Counted from the first letter of the stretch, positions 17,446 to 27,160 are shown. The stretch: 64,000 nucleotides of DNA from an uncultured Mycoplasmatota bacterium (GCA_900546715.1 UREA01000001.1:9141-73140), one strand, 5' to 3'. Numbers and translations are program-made. The notes: generated by a model not told the origin, from the letters alone.

Positions 17446-17991
17446 TTAATTAAGTCCAAAATAATCAAACAAATCATCGTCATTGGTACTAACAAATTCA
17501 TAAACAAAAGATTCACTATCATCAACTCTAAGGCTAATATTACCATTAGCAAAATCTGTAATATCTATATAAAATGTAGCACCATTACAATCAAAGCTAT
17601 AATTATTTACATCTACTGCTGTAAAATTAGAAACATCTCCGCTGTAAAAAGGTTCTGATGCAAACCATCCTAACATAAAATGATTAGGATTAAAAGAAGC
17701 TATAACCATATCACTTTTTTGACTAACAGATGCCCAATTTCCTGTAAGCATTGTAAATTATTCTAAAGATGTATAAGGAACTACTTCTGGTTCTTTTTCT
17801 TCTTCATTATTTTCGTTATTTTCTTCTGTAGTATTATTTTGTTCATTATTATTCACATCATTAATATTATTTGAAACATCATTATTATCTTCACTTATTT
17901 TATCATACACCAAATAAGCGATAACTCCTAGAACTAATACTATTAAAATAGCCACCAATATTATTAATATTTTCGTATTTTTATTTTCCAT
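17446..17991 (-). pseudogene. Membrane-anchored protein gene interrupted by an in-frame TAA (ORFs 17758-17991 and 17446-17751)
   Basis: Both track ORFs are in the same frame, separated only by TAA (17760-17758) and two codons (..PYTSLE*FTMLTGNW..). The downstream ORF has no Shine-Dalgarno sequence. Confidence 0.4.
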
Positions 17992-18003
17992 TTTTCTACT
18001 CCA

Positions 18004-18258
18004 TTACTTACTTTCTTTATGTTTTTTAAAATCCTTACTTAATTTTGCTTCACCCACTAAATCGATGATTGCTCCAAGCATTGCAAATACTCCCCCGATA
18101 ACAAAACAAATTATTTGAGTATCAGTATTTATAACAAAAATCATAGTAACAATAACTAATGCTAATCCAAGTATTGCCATAACTGAACCAATATTCATAA
18201 GTTTAATACTTATATGTTTTTCATCTTTTGCTAACTTTTTAAAATCCTTCTTATTCAT
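18004..18258 (-). CDS. Hypothetical small membrane protein (2 TM)
   Basis: 84 aa, Lys-rich termini, two TM helices. Confidence 0.5.
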   Translation of the reverse strand: MNKKDFKKLAKDEKHISIKLMNIGSVMAILGLALVIVTMIFVINTDTQIICFVIGGVFAMLGAIIDLVGEAKLSKDFKKHKESK

Positions 18259-18323
18259 TTTATGCTCCCTTCTATCATAATTATATATAATTTTATTTTA
18301 AAAGTCTATACTAACAAATTAAG

Positions 18324-18357
18324 AAAAACAATAAGTCGCTTGGAACTTATTGTTTTT
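18324..18357 (-). terminator. Rho-independent terminator after the GntR-ABC operon
   Basis: ACAATAAGT-loop-ACTTATTGT with flanking A and T runs, directly after the permease stop. Confidence 0.65.
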
Positions 18358-18984
18358 TTAAAATTCTTTTTTCAAATATATTTTTTTAGATATTAAATAA
18401 GAAATTACTAAAACTATAATTAAAGTAATAGGAATAATCAAATAATAATACTTATCAAAAAACACTATAAAATTATTAGCATCGACATTAAAGTTTTTAA
18501 GTAAAAAGCCAATTAATAAGGCAATACCAAATATTCCTACAAATATACCAATTCTACCCTTTTCTACTCCAAACTTATATATTAAAGGAAACATAATAGC
18601 TTCTAATATAATAATTGATGCAGCACAAATTAATACATTAGCAATTATTTCTTGAAAATTTATATTATTATAAATTAAACCAATAATAAGACTTATAATA
18701 ATTGTAAAAATAACTGCAATAAATATCAATATAATAGATGCTATATATTTAGATTTAACAATATCTTTTCTACTAACTGGCATACTTATAGCATAAGCAT
18801 CCCACGAATTATATTCATCATAACTAAATGTTGTTATAAAAATCATCATACTAATAAATGTTGGAATATAATAAATGATGCTTACATCTTCTAAAGAAAT
18901 AATTATAAATACTACTAAAAATAAAAGTGCATATTTTAAATTACCTTTAATCATTAATAAATCTTTTTTAATTAATCCCTTCAT
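18358..18984 (-). CDS. ABC-2 type transporter permease
   Basis: 208 aa, 6 TM. Overlaps the upstream ATPase gene. YtrA-type GntR-ABC operon layout. Confidence 0.65.
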   Translation of the reverse strand: MKGLIKKDLLMIKGNLKYALLFLVVFIIISLEDVSIIYYIPTFISMMIFITTFSYDEYNSWDAYAISMPVSRKDIVKSKYIASIILIFIAVIFTIIISLIIGLIYNNINFQEIIANVLICAASIIILEAIMFPLIYKFGVEKGRIGIFVGIFGIALLIGFLLKNFNVDANNFIVFFDKYYYLIIPITLIIVLVISYLISKKIYLKKEF

Positions 18985-19843
18985 TTTTATCTCCTTTTAT
19001 AATTAAAACCATTAAATCTTCTAAAGTGATATTATCAATTATCATATCTTTATATTTTTTCTTTATTTTAGCTTTATCACTAACAAGCATCTCATAATCA
19101 TATTTATTTTTCTTATAAGTTATATAATCATTTTTATCAATATTTGTAAATTTATCTATATCACATTTCAAAATACCATAATTATCTAATAATTCATCCC
19201 TATTTTTATTTAAAATTACTTTTCCCTTATTAATAAATATTATTTCATCAGCAATATGTTCTAAATCGCTAGTTATATGAGTTGAAAATAAAATTGTATG
19301 TTCCTCATCAGCAATAAATTTTAAAAATATTTCTAAAACTTCACTTCTAACGACAGGATCTAGGCCACTGGTAGGTTCATCTAAAATTAAAAGTTTAGGG
19401 TGATGCGCTAAAGCGGCAGCAATTTCTAATTTTTTCTTCATGCCTTTAGATAATTTTTTAATCATGCTATTATGAGGCAAATTAAACTCATTTAGATATT
19501 TAAAATATAATAAGCTATCCCAATTTTGATAAATACCTTTCATTATCTTATCTAAATCTTTCGGACATAATATCTCTGGAAAAAAAGAATTATCTAAAAC
19601 TACTCCAATATCTTCTTTAATTAATACTTCATTTTTATCTAAATTTTTATTAAATATTTTAATTTCTCCTTTATTTTTTAATAAAATACCTAATATAGTT
19701 TTAATTAAAGTAGTTTTACCAGCTCCATTTTCGCCGATTAAACCGATTATTTCACCTGAACTAATATTTAAATTTATTTCTCCTAGAGTAAAGGATTCAG
19801 GATATTTTTTTACTAAATCTTTAATTTCTATTGCTTTATTCAT
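18968..19843 (-). CDS. ABC transporter ATP-binding protein
   Basis: Walker A GENGAGKTT, signature LSKGMKKK, Walker B LLILDEPTSGLD. Start set to ATG 19843 (GGAG 8 nt upstream). Confidence 0.85.
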   Translation of the reverse strand: MNKAIEIKDLVKKYPESFTLGEINLNISSGEIIGLIGENGAGKTTLIKTILGILLKNKGEIKIFNKNLDKNEVLIKEDIGVVLDNSFFPEILCPKDLDKIMKGIYQNWDSLLYFKYLNEFNLPHNSMIKKLSKGMKKKLEIAAALAHHPKLLILDEPTSGLDPVVRSEVLEIFLKFIADEEHTILFSTHITSDLEHIADEIIFINKGKVILNKNRDELLDNYGILKCDIDKFTNIDKNDYITYKKNKYDYEMLVSDKAKIKKKYKDMIIDNITLEDLMVLIIKGDKNEGIN

Positions 19844-20219
19844 TTTCATCATCTCCATAAAATATATTTAAAAGCTCAATTAATTCATCTTTACTTATAT
19901 TAAAATTCTTGGCAATGTCTATCATTTTTTCTAAATATTTTTCAATATCTTTTTGGGCTTGTTCTTTAACAAGTTCACTATTTTTCGGAGCAACAAATGT
20001 TCCTTTACCTTGTCTTGATACAATATATCCTTCGCTTTCTAATTCATCATAAGCTTTTTTTATCGTCATTACACTTATTTTAATATCTTGTGCTAAAGCT
20101 CTAATTGAAGGTAAAGCCTCATCTTCTTTTAATTCCCCATCCATTATTTGATTGATAATGGCATTTTTAATTTGTTCATATATCGGAGTAGAACTACTAT
20201 TACTTATTATTATTCGCAT
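19836..20219 (-). CDS. GntR-family (YtrA-like) transcriptional regulator
   Basis: From ATG 20219 (GGAGG upstream): MRIIISNSSSTPIYEQIKNAIINQIMDGELKEDEALPSIRALAQDIKISVMTIKKAYDELESEGYI, a typical GntR wHTH. The track N-terminal extension was rejected. Confidence 0.85.
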   Translation of the reverse strand: MRIIISNSSSTPIYEQIKNAIINQIMDGELKEDEALPSIRALAQDIKISVMTIKKAYDELESEGYIVSRQGKGTFVAPKNSELVKEQAQKDIEKYLEKMIDIAKNFNISKDELIELLNIFYGDDENE

Positions 20220-20299
20220 TATTGCCTCCTTGTTATACAGTATATAACAGTATATGACAGTTGTCAATAATATATTATAAAAAAAAATAAAAAAGTATG

Positions 20300-20518
20300 C
20301 TATTTGCATACAATTTTATCTTTAACTTCAAAGCCTAGATCAGTAATCTTTTTAATTACTTCATCTAACACACTCTCTTTTTTTACAGTAATAGTTAATA
20401 CTTTAGTATCAAGAGTTATATCATAACTTATAACCCCTTTAATATTTTCTACTACATTTTTAATACGGGTTACACAACCAACACATTTAATTCCATCAAT
20501 TGTTAATTCATATTTCAT
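20300..20518 (-). CDS. copZ: Copper chaperone CopZ (HMA domain)
   Basis: 72 aa with metal-binding CxxC (GIKCVGCVTRI), directly downstream of copA. Confidence 0.8.
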   Translation of the reverse strand: MKYELTIDGIKCVGCVTRIKNVVENIKGVISYDITLDTKVLTITVKKESVLDEVIKKITDLGFEVKDKIVCK

Positions 20519-22695
20519 ATTTTCATCCTCCTTAGTCTTAACGAATTTAACACAACAGTTATACTACTAATAACCATAGCAATACTACCAATCATTGGGC
20601 TTAAAACAAAACCAAAGCTAGCAAATACACCAGATGCAATTGGTATCATACATACATTATATAAAAATGCCCAAAATAAATTCTGTTTAATAATTTTATA
20701 TGCCTTTTTACTTATTTTTATTAAATCTAAAATGTTATTAATATCATTATTCATAAGTATAACATCTGCTGAATCTAGTGCAATATCCGTTCCTTCATTA
20801 ATACTTATAGCAACACTTGCTTTCGTTAAAGCTGGTGCATCATTTATACCATCACCAACCATAGCAACAAACTTGCCTTCATTAATTAAATCAGCAATGT
20901 ATTTATCCTTATCCTGCGGCAGTGCATTAGCAATGACTTCTTTAATTCCTACTTCTTTAGCAATAATACCTGCAGTAATAGGATTATCACCCGTTAACAT
21001 ATATACATCGATATTATTTTTACTAAATTCTTTAATAGCTTTTTTTACATCTTTTCTTATAGTATCACGAACTCCAATTAATGCAAGTACTTTTTTATTT
21101 TCAATCACATAAACTATACTACAACCACTATTTATTAACTCAGAATAATCATCCGCATAGTTATTGCGAATTTTTAGTTTTTCTAAAAAATTTGCATTAC
21201 CTAAATAATAAGTTTTATTATTAATACTCCCTTTAATCCCTACTCCATTTATAACTTCATAATTACTAACATCTAATTTTTCTTTTGTACTAAATGCTGA
21301 TGATATCGGATGATTAGAAAGAGATTCTATATTACCAACAATATTTAATAATTCTGAATCATTCAGCTTCGAATAATTAAATACTTTATATATATTTAAC
21401 TTACCATTTGTTAAAGTCCCGGTTTTATCAAAAACTATTGTATCAATATTGCGAGCCGTTTCTATTACATCACCATTTTTAAGAAATATTCCCCTTTCAG
21501 CACAAAGCCCATTACTTACTACAACTACTAAAGGAACTGCTAAGCCTATTGCACAAGGACAAGCAACAACTAACACTGTTACAAAGTATATTAAAGATTC
21601 ACTGAAAGACGCACCTAAAAATAAATGAACAATAAAAGTAATAAAAGCAATAATAAATACTATTGGGACAAAATAACCACTTATTTTATCAGCTAGTTTT
21701 TGAATTTTACTTTTATTAGATGTTGCATTAATTACTATTTCAATTATTTTAGAAATCGTTGAATTTTTACCAATATTTGTAGCCTTATATTCTAAAAATC
21801 CATCATAAAGTATAGAACCAGCGATAACTTTTGCTTCTTTAGTCTTTAATACTGGCTTACTTTCTCCAGTAATAAATGATTCATCGACATAACTTTTGCC
21901 ACTCTCAACTATACCATCAACTGCTATTTTCTCTCCAGCCCTACTAATTAAAATATCCCCCGATTTAACCTCATCAATTGTTACTTTAATTTCTTTGTTC
22001 TTCTTTTTTAATATCGCATAATCTGGAGTTATTTGGACTAAATCACTTAAAGCACTCTTTGTTTTATCTTTACTAATACCTTCAATAAATCTTCCTAATT
22101 TAATAAAATAAATAATCATACAAGTTGATTCAAAATATAAATTATGAACAAATTCTGTATTTCCTAAAATAATCTCTATAAAGCCATAAAGACTATATAA
22201 AAAGCTACATACCACACTAAACATTACTAAAGTATCCATATTAGGAATTAAATGAATTAAATTTTTCCAACCATTTTTTATAATATCAAATCCATATATT
22301 AAGAAAATTATTGCAACAATAAACATAAATGATGCAAGTATTATTGGATGATTATGATTAAGAAGTAAAACATTTGGTAAATTAAACATGTGATTCATTC
22401 CTACATACATCATAAAAATTATCAATATACCTAAAACAATTAATTTTATCTTCTCGGACTTTTTATTTTCAACTTCACTTATATTTTTAAATTCTCCAGC
22501 ACTTCTAAATCCGGCGTTTTCTATATATTTTTCAATATCACTTATGAGTATTTTATCATACTCGATAGTAGCAATACTTAATACCAAATTGACATTTGCA
22601 CTAATTATCCCTTTTTGTTTATTTAAATATTTTTCTAAACCAGATGAACAAGCACTACAAGTCATCCCCGATATTTTTAATACTATTTTTTTCAT
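20515..22695 (-). CDS. copA: Copper-translocating P1B-type ATPase
   Basis: N-terminal HMA (GMTCSACSSGLE), CPC motif (VVACPCAIGLA), phosphorylation site FDKTGTLT, hinge MVGDGINDAPAL. Start set to ATG 22695 (MKKIVLKISGMTCSAC). Confidence 0.9.
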   Translation of the reverse strand: MKKIVLKISGMTCSACSSGLEKYLNKQKGIISANVNLVLSIATIEYDKILISDIEKYIENAGFRSAGEFKNISEVENKKSEKIKLIVLGILIIFMMYVGMNHMFNLPNVLLLNHNHPIILASFMFIVAIIFLIYGFDIIKNGWKNLIHLIPNMDTLVMFSVVCSFLYSLYGFIEIILGNTEFVHNLYFESTCMIIYFIKLGRFIEGISKDKTKSALSDLVQITPDYAILKKKNKEIKVTIDEVKSGDILISRAGEKIAVDGIVESGKSYVDESFITGESKPVLKTKEAKVIAGSILYDGFLEYKATNIGKNSTISKIIEIVINATSNKSKIQKLADKISGYFVPIVFIIAFITFIVHLFLGASFSESLIYFVTVLVVACPCAIGLAVPLVVVVSNGLCAERGIFLKNGDVIETARNIDTIVFDKTGTLTNGKLNIYKVFNYSKLNDSELLNIVGNIESLSNHPISSAFSTKEKLDVSNYEVINGVGIKGSINNKTYYLGNANFLEKLKIRNNYADDYSELINSGCSIVYVIENKKVLALIGVRDTIRKDVKKAIKEFSKNNIDVYMLTGDNPITAGIIAKEVGIKEVIANALPQDKDKYIADLINEGKFVAMVGDGINDAPALTKASVAISINEGTDIALDSADVILMNNDINNILDLIKISKKAYKIIKQNLFWAFLYNVCMIPIASGVFASFGFVLSPMIGSIAMVISSITVVLNSLRLRRMKI

Positions 22696-22770
22696 AAACA
22701 TCACTAATATTATATAACATTTAAGAGATTTTGGGTATATTTTGCAAGTTTTTTTAATTTTTTTAACATC

Positions 22771-22814
22771 TTCGACAAGATTCGACAAAAAATTTACATT
22801 TAATGTGGTATTAT
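22771..22814 (+). promoter_or_regulatory. Tandem Spo0A boxes overlapping the -35 region of an extended -10 promoter
   Basis: TTCGACA at 22771-22777 and 22781-22787 (10-bp phase). TGTGg-TATTAT at 22804-22814. No -35 hexamer at 17 bp; the nearest TTGACA-like element is the 0A box itself, at 21 bp. Confidence 0.5.
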
Positions 22815-22837
22815 AGCAAACCAAAAGGAGAATTTAT

Positions 22838-24172
22838 ATGTATTTAAGTTATGAAAAATATTTTGAAAAAGTCAAAAACGACATTTCAAATGAATCTGAA
22901 AGTATTGAAAGAAAGGTATATGAACTAATATCTTGTTACTTTAAAACAAATATTATTCCCACAGAAAAATATAAAGAATATATCACTTTGGGAATAATTA
23001 ATAGATATTATATGTATAAAGATGTATATTCCAAAATATCAACAAGTGAAGATTCATTTACGAGCTATGCTATAAAAGATAATAACGGATATTATAATTT
23101 AGAAGATTTTTTATTAAATAGATTATTTAATAATTTAAAAAAAGTTTATATAAACCATGATCCAAATGCTAATACTAACTATTATCAAACTCGTAATAAA
23201 GCTATTTACTTTACTCATGATGCTTTAAGTAAATATATTGTGGACATTCCCGATATTCCGGATAATATTAATGAGTATATTAAAAAATACTTTAATATGT
23301 TTATAGCTCAAGTATTTGACCATGAATTAGGTCATGCTCTAAAAATTAAATGTTCTAATGGTATTTCTATTTATCATGATAATAGAAACTTATTATATGA
23401 AAAATTAAGTGATGTGTTAGAAAAAAACAAAATAGAATTATTAGAAGATATTTCTTTAGAAAGAATAAAAAGTGATAATGAAATATTTATGGATATCCTA
23501 CATGATTTGAGGACAATTTATAATAATAAATATAATAATATTATAAAAAATGATAATGAAATTAATTTTAATGTTGGGTTAAATAATATGAGTTTACAAA
23601 AATATGAGTATATAAATGAATTATTTCAAGAAGTGGAATCAAGATATAATATGAATTCTTTTGATGAACCGAATTGTAAAAAATTTATTAGTGTTAAGGG
23701 TAGTTATCTCAATATAACTCGTCCATTTAGTGTTTATAGTGCAATTTATAATTATGGTGATATAATGCTTTCATTAATTGGTTTAAAAGATTTCTTTCAA
23801 ATAAATTATTTAGATTCTACTAAAGTATTACAAAAATTCAATAAGGATTATAAAAGAATATCTAAAAGTATTTTTAATAATAATTTATCTGCTATAAATA
23901 ATATAAATATAACTCTTGAAAAAATAATAAATAATCAATTAGAAAAAGATTATTTAAAATTAGATTTATTTTTAACTAAATGTTATGAACAGAAAATAGA
24001 TGAAATGTTAAAATCTAAAATAAGTATTGAGAAAATAGATAAATTAATAATAGATACTAGTAATATTATAAACAAACTTACTTTAAATAAATCTACTCAA
24101 TTAGAACATACAGTTATTTTAAAAAATATCTTAAATAAATTAATATTTAAAAAAAGATTGTTAACCAAATAA
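22838..24172 (+). CDS. Hypothetical cytoplasmic protein with HExxH zinc-metalloprotease-like motif
   Basis: 444 aa, no signal peptide. Motif FDHELGHALK. Very AT-rich and Asn/Ile/Lys-rich. RBS AAGGAG upstream. Confidence 0.6.
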   Translation: MYLSYEKYFEKVKNDISNESESIERKVYELISCYFKTNIIPTEKYKEYITLGIINRYYMYKDVYSKISTSEDSFTSYAIKDNNGYYNLEDFLLNRLFNNLKKVYINHDPNANTNYYQTRNKAIYFTHDALSKYIVDIPDIPDNINEYIKKYFNMFIAQVFDHELGHALKIKCSNGISIYHDNRNLLYEKLSDVLEKNKIELLEDISLERIKSDNEIFMDILHDLRTIYNNKYNNIIKNDNEINFNVGLNNMSLQKYEYINELFQEVESRYNMNSFDEPNCKKFISVKGSYLNITRPFSVYSAIYNYGDIMLSLIGLKDFFQINYLDSTKVLQKFNKDYKRISKSIFNNNLSAINNINITLEKIINNQLEKDYLKLDLFLTKCYEQKIDEMLKSKISIEKIDKLIIDTSNIINKLTLNKSTQLEHTVILKNILNKLIFKKRLLTK

Positions 24173-24176
24173 CAAT

Positions 24177-24824
24177 CTATTTCTTTTTATTTATTAATTT
24201 AGTTATTAAACAAGTAAAACTTACAATAAATATCACTATCCCTAAACATTCTAAATAAAACATAACAGGACTTTGATTATAATCAAAAAACTTAAAATCT
24301 ACAAGTAATAACATATCTTGCCATAATCTATGTTTAATAAAGGCATATATACCATAAATAATAACAAGAATTAAAATAACATAAACCGCATATTCAAAGT
24401 TGCTATTTTTTAATTTGTTTTTCATTTTATAAACAAAGGCATTTAGATGCATTCCTATGTGAATTGCCATAAGTATAAAACACCAAGATGTTGCTATTAA
24501 ATGAAGTCTTCTACCAATATTAGTTGTAGTAATTCCTAAAAATGCAAATACTTCACTAGATATCATAATACTACTAATCATCGTACCAAGCATAGCTATA
24601 AGTAATAAAGCATCAATTACTAAACTAAATATCCTCCCAAAATTATACTTTCCTTTAAATAAATTTTTATAATAACGATAATTTATTATGTGATGGATTA
24701 TAAATAAAACAAAGGTAGTTATTCCTATATATTCATGAATTTTATTATCCGTAATATGATAACCCATTAGGATAATTATTAAAATAAACATTATTATATC
24801 AATTATAATTCTTAATTTTTTCAT
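24177..24824 (-). CDS. Polytopic membrane protein, DUF4405-like with conserved His residues
   Basis: Start at ATG 24824 (MKKLRIIIDIIMFILIIIL...). His residues within TM helices (GYHITDNKIHEY, IIHHIINYRYY, AIHIGMHLN). Confidence 0.5.
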   Translation of the reverse strand: MKKLRIIIDIIMFILIIILMGYHITDNKIHEYIGITTFVLFIIHHIINYRYYKNLFKGKYNFGRIFSLVIDALLLIAMLGTMISSIMISSEVFAFLGITTTNIGRRLHLIATSWCFILMAIHIGMHLNAFVYKMKNKLKNSNFEYAVYVILILVIIYGIYAFIKHRLWQDMLLLVDFKFFDYNQSPVMFYLECLGIVIFIVSFTCLITKLINKKK

Positions 24825-24826
24825 AT

Positions 24827-25151
24827 TAATCAACCATTGCTCCATTTGCGACTAATTTATCGGTTGTAAGAAGTACTACACCATCTGGTGTTTCTGCACC
24901 TAGTACTAAAACTTCACTTTTAACTTCACTTACCTTAAGTGGTGGAAAATTAACTACTGCTACAACTTGTTTACCAATTAAATCACTTGGTTCATAAAGT
25001 TTAGTTATTTGTGCCGAAGTATTTTTAATACGGCATCTCCAAAATCAATCCTCATTTTATATGCGGGTTTTCTTGCTCCTTTATTTATACTAGCATCAAT
25101 TATTGTTCCAACTTTTAATTCTATTTTTTTAAAATCATCTAAACTTATCAT
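24827..25151 (-). pseudogene. CsaA-like tRNA-binding (OB-fold) protein gene with a 1-nt frameshift in a homopolymer
   Basis: Own translation MISLDDFKKIELKVGTIIDASINKGARKPAYKMRIDFGDAVLK, then after a shift at the T5/A5 run (25022-25026) ..TSAQITKLYEPSDLIGKQVVAVVNFPPLKVSEVKSEVLVLGAETPDGVVLLTTDKLVANGAMVD*. This matches the CsaA pattern (..SSAQIT...VNFPP..SEVLVLG). Confidence 0.7.
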
Positions 25152-25154
25152 AAA

Positions 25155-25430
25155 TCACCCATATAACCTTTTCAAATATATTTTTTTATCATCATGTATA
25201 ATCACAATAATATCTTGATCATCTTTATCTTGAATATTTTTACCGTAGATACTATCTAGTGGTCCAAAACTAAGTAAATATAAAATATTTAATAATTCTT
25301 CATGCATAATTATTTTATCATGAACTACCGGATTATATCCCGCAAATTCTATATTTAGAATATATTCCTTTTCTAAATCTTTTAATGTATATTTAAATTT
25401 ATCAATATTTATAATTTCTAAAGTTTTCAT
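25155..25430 (-). CDS. Hypothetical small protein
   Basis: 91 aa. Start overlaps the stop of the upstream LRR protein gene (translational coupling). Confidence 0.5.
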   Translation of the reverse strand: MKTLEIINIDKFKYTLKDLEKEYILNIEFAGYNPVVHDKIIMHEELLNILYLLSFGPLDSIYGKNIQDKDDQDIIVIIHDDKKIYLKRLYG

Positions 25431-26725
25431 TATCTTCCTCTGCCTCCGTTTAATCTCGGAGCATTTAATTCTTCTAAATTAGTATCCATCATTAAAAATC
25501 CCCCTCCAACACTTTCAAGTTCTGGAAAATCAGCACTCTTTAAAACAGTAGTATAATTCATAAAATTATTTCCTATAACTTTAACCTTCGGCAAATATAT
25601 TGTTAACATCGAATTATTAGAATATAAGAAGTTATCTCCAATTGCCTCAGCATTTGCTAAATCTATTTGTTCTAATGTTTTATTATGTCTTAAAAAGTTA
25701 TCTCCAATTACTTTTACTATATTATTAATAAGTCCAATTATTTGATTGTATTTATTAATAATTATTTGAATCTCACCATTTTCTGTTATAATTATAATTC
25801 TTTTATTTTCTCCTTCATTTATAATACTTATCTTTACTATATCTTTTATAGTATCAGCTAAAGAGTCTCTTAAAAAATCATCATACACACTAATTTTTTT
25901 ATTCACTAAATCTAATACAAAATAATCCATTATTACATATTTTTCATGAGCATACTCTTTTACTTCAAAATTATCAACAATAATATTATCGGGACAATAA
26001 TATATGTTATTAAATTCAAAATTATATTTATAATATTTACCATCAGTTGCTTTAACATAACCGGGGATATCTAATTTTTTATTAAAAATTCTTTGTTCCA
26101 AACCATAATATTTTGCAAAACTATCAGTTAAACCAGGAATAATATTATCTAAATTATTCGAAAAAGTAGCATCAGGATCATTAACTGAATGATTATATCT
26201 GTTTTTAATTGATAAAGTGTGAGCATCATCTTTAGTAAACTGAATACTTATCACACTTGTTCCATATAAATCTTGCCTTTTAGGATTTTTAAAATCTTCT
26301 CTTTTTATATCATCTACATTTTCTTTAACCGCAAAGAAGACAAAAGATGATTCAAGTCTATTTAACCAAAAGAAACAAAGTTCTTCTCCAGGTGCATAAT
26401 ATTTTTTAAACTTGGTCATATCTTCTTCACTCTTACACTCATATAAAATATAACCGGCTTCCCTAAGTAATTCACTAGGTGTTTTATCACTACGCATTAC
26501 AAAATTATTTTCCACATCAACAAAGCTATAAATAAAATTTTTAAAATCATATTCTAGATTATTGGCTACAATATCTTGACATAGATAATGACTTTCATGA
26601 AAATTATTTAATAGTATTTGGGATAATAAACCACGCTTTTCAAGCAAGCTCGGAAATAAATCACGGCATAAATGCATCATATCTTCGCCGTATTTTTTCT
26701 TGATAATTTTTAAATCTTCTGTCAT
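25430..26725 (-). CDS. Cytoplasmic protein with C-terminal BspA-type leucine-rich repeats
   Basis: 431 aa, no signal peptide. C-terminal repeats (VIGDNFLRHNKTLEQIDLANAEAIGDNFLYSNNSMLTIYLPKVKVIGNNFMNY..). N-terminal ~300 aa unrecognised. Confidence 0.6.
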   Translation of the reverse strand: MTEDLKIIKKKYGEDMMHLCRDLFPSLLEKRGLLSQILLNNFHESHYLCQDIVANNLEYDFKNFIYSFVDVENNFVMRSDKTPSELLREAGYILYECKSEEDMTKFKKYYAPGEELCFFWLNRLESSFVFFAVKENVDDIKREDFKNPKRQDLYGTSVISIQFTKDDAHTLSIKNRYNHSVNDPDATFSNNLDNIIPGLTDSFAKYYGLEQRIFNKKLDIPGYVKATDGKYYKYNFEFNNIYYCPDNIIVDNFEVKEYAHEKYVIMDYFVLDLVNKKISVYDDFLRDSLADTIKDIVKISIINEGENKRIIIITENGEIQIIINKYNQIIGLINNIVKVIGDNFLRHNKTLEQIDLANAEAIGDNFLYSNNSMLTIYLPKVKVIGNNFMNYTTVLKSADFPELESVGGGFLMMDTNLEELNAPRLNGGRGR

Positions 26726-26734
26726 TTGTTCTCC

Positions 26735-27097
26735 TTAAAATAATGCTATTATCTTTGGTAAAAAGATGATTAAACCAACAACTGCAGAACCAATAGCAAA
26801 TACAAGTACTCCACCAGCAGATACATCTTTAGCAAGTTTTGCTCTTTCATCCTTTTCTGGCATAGCAATATTTACTACTTGTTCAATTGCGGTATTAAAC
26901 ATCTCTCCACCAATAACTATTGAAAACCAACAAATACAAACAATCCATTCGGTTACACTTATCTTAAAAATTATTCCCATAATTATAACCAGTAACATAA
27001 TTGATACATGAATTTTCATATTTCTCTCAGTCCAAAATGCTGAAGCAATACCAATAAATGCATATTTAAAACTATTAATTAATTTCTTATTTTTCAT
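26735..27097 (-). CDS. dgkA: Diacylglycerol/undecaprenol kinase
   Basis: From ATG 27097: MKNKKLINSFKYAFIGIASAFWTERNMKIH... with EMFNTAIE and AKDVSAGGVL motifs of the DgkA family. Confidence 0.85.
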   Translation of the reverse strand: MKNKKLINSFKYAFIGIASAFWTERNMKIHVSIMLLVIIMGIIFKISVTEWIVCICWFSIVIGGEMFNTAIEQVVNIAMPEKDERAKLAKDVSAGGVLVFAIGSAVVGLIIFLPKIIALF

Positions 27098-27160
27098 AAA
27101 TAACACATCCAACAAAATTATAACATAATATAAAGAAAAATGCCTTAAATTTAAGACATT

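Noticed and set aside
22696-22770. CsoR or CopY operator upstream of copA.
   Set aside because: Only a half-site-like ATACCC is present, with no GGGTA partner. The TACA..TGT segment has the wrong spacing for a cop box. No csoR or copY gene is adjacent.
20220-22824. Long N-terminal extensions given by the track for the GntR regulator (to 20309) and copA (to 22824). The same applies to uvrA (to 57673), the XRE gene (to 8146), dgkA, sufC and others.
   Set aside because: Internal ATG codons coincide with family-typical N-termini and with Shine-Dalgarno sequences at the right distance. The extensions overlap neighbouring genes or promoter regions.
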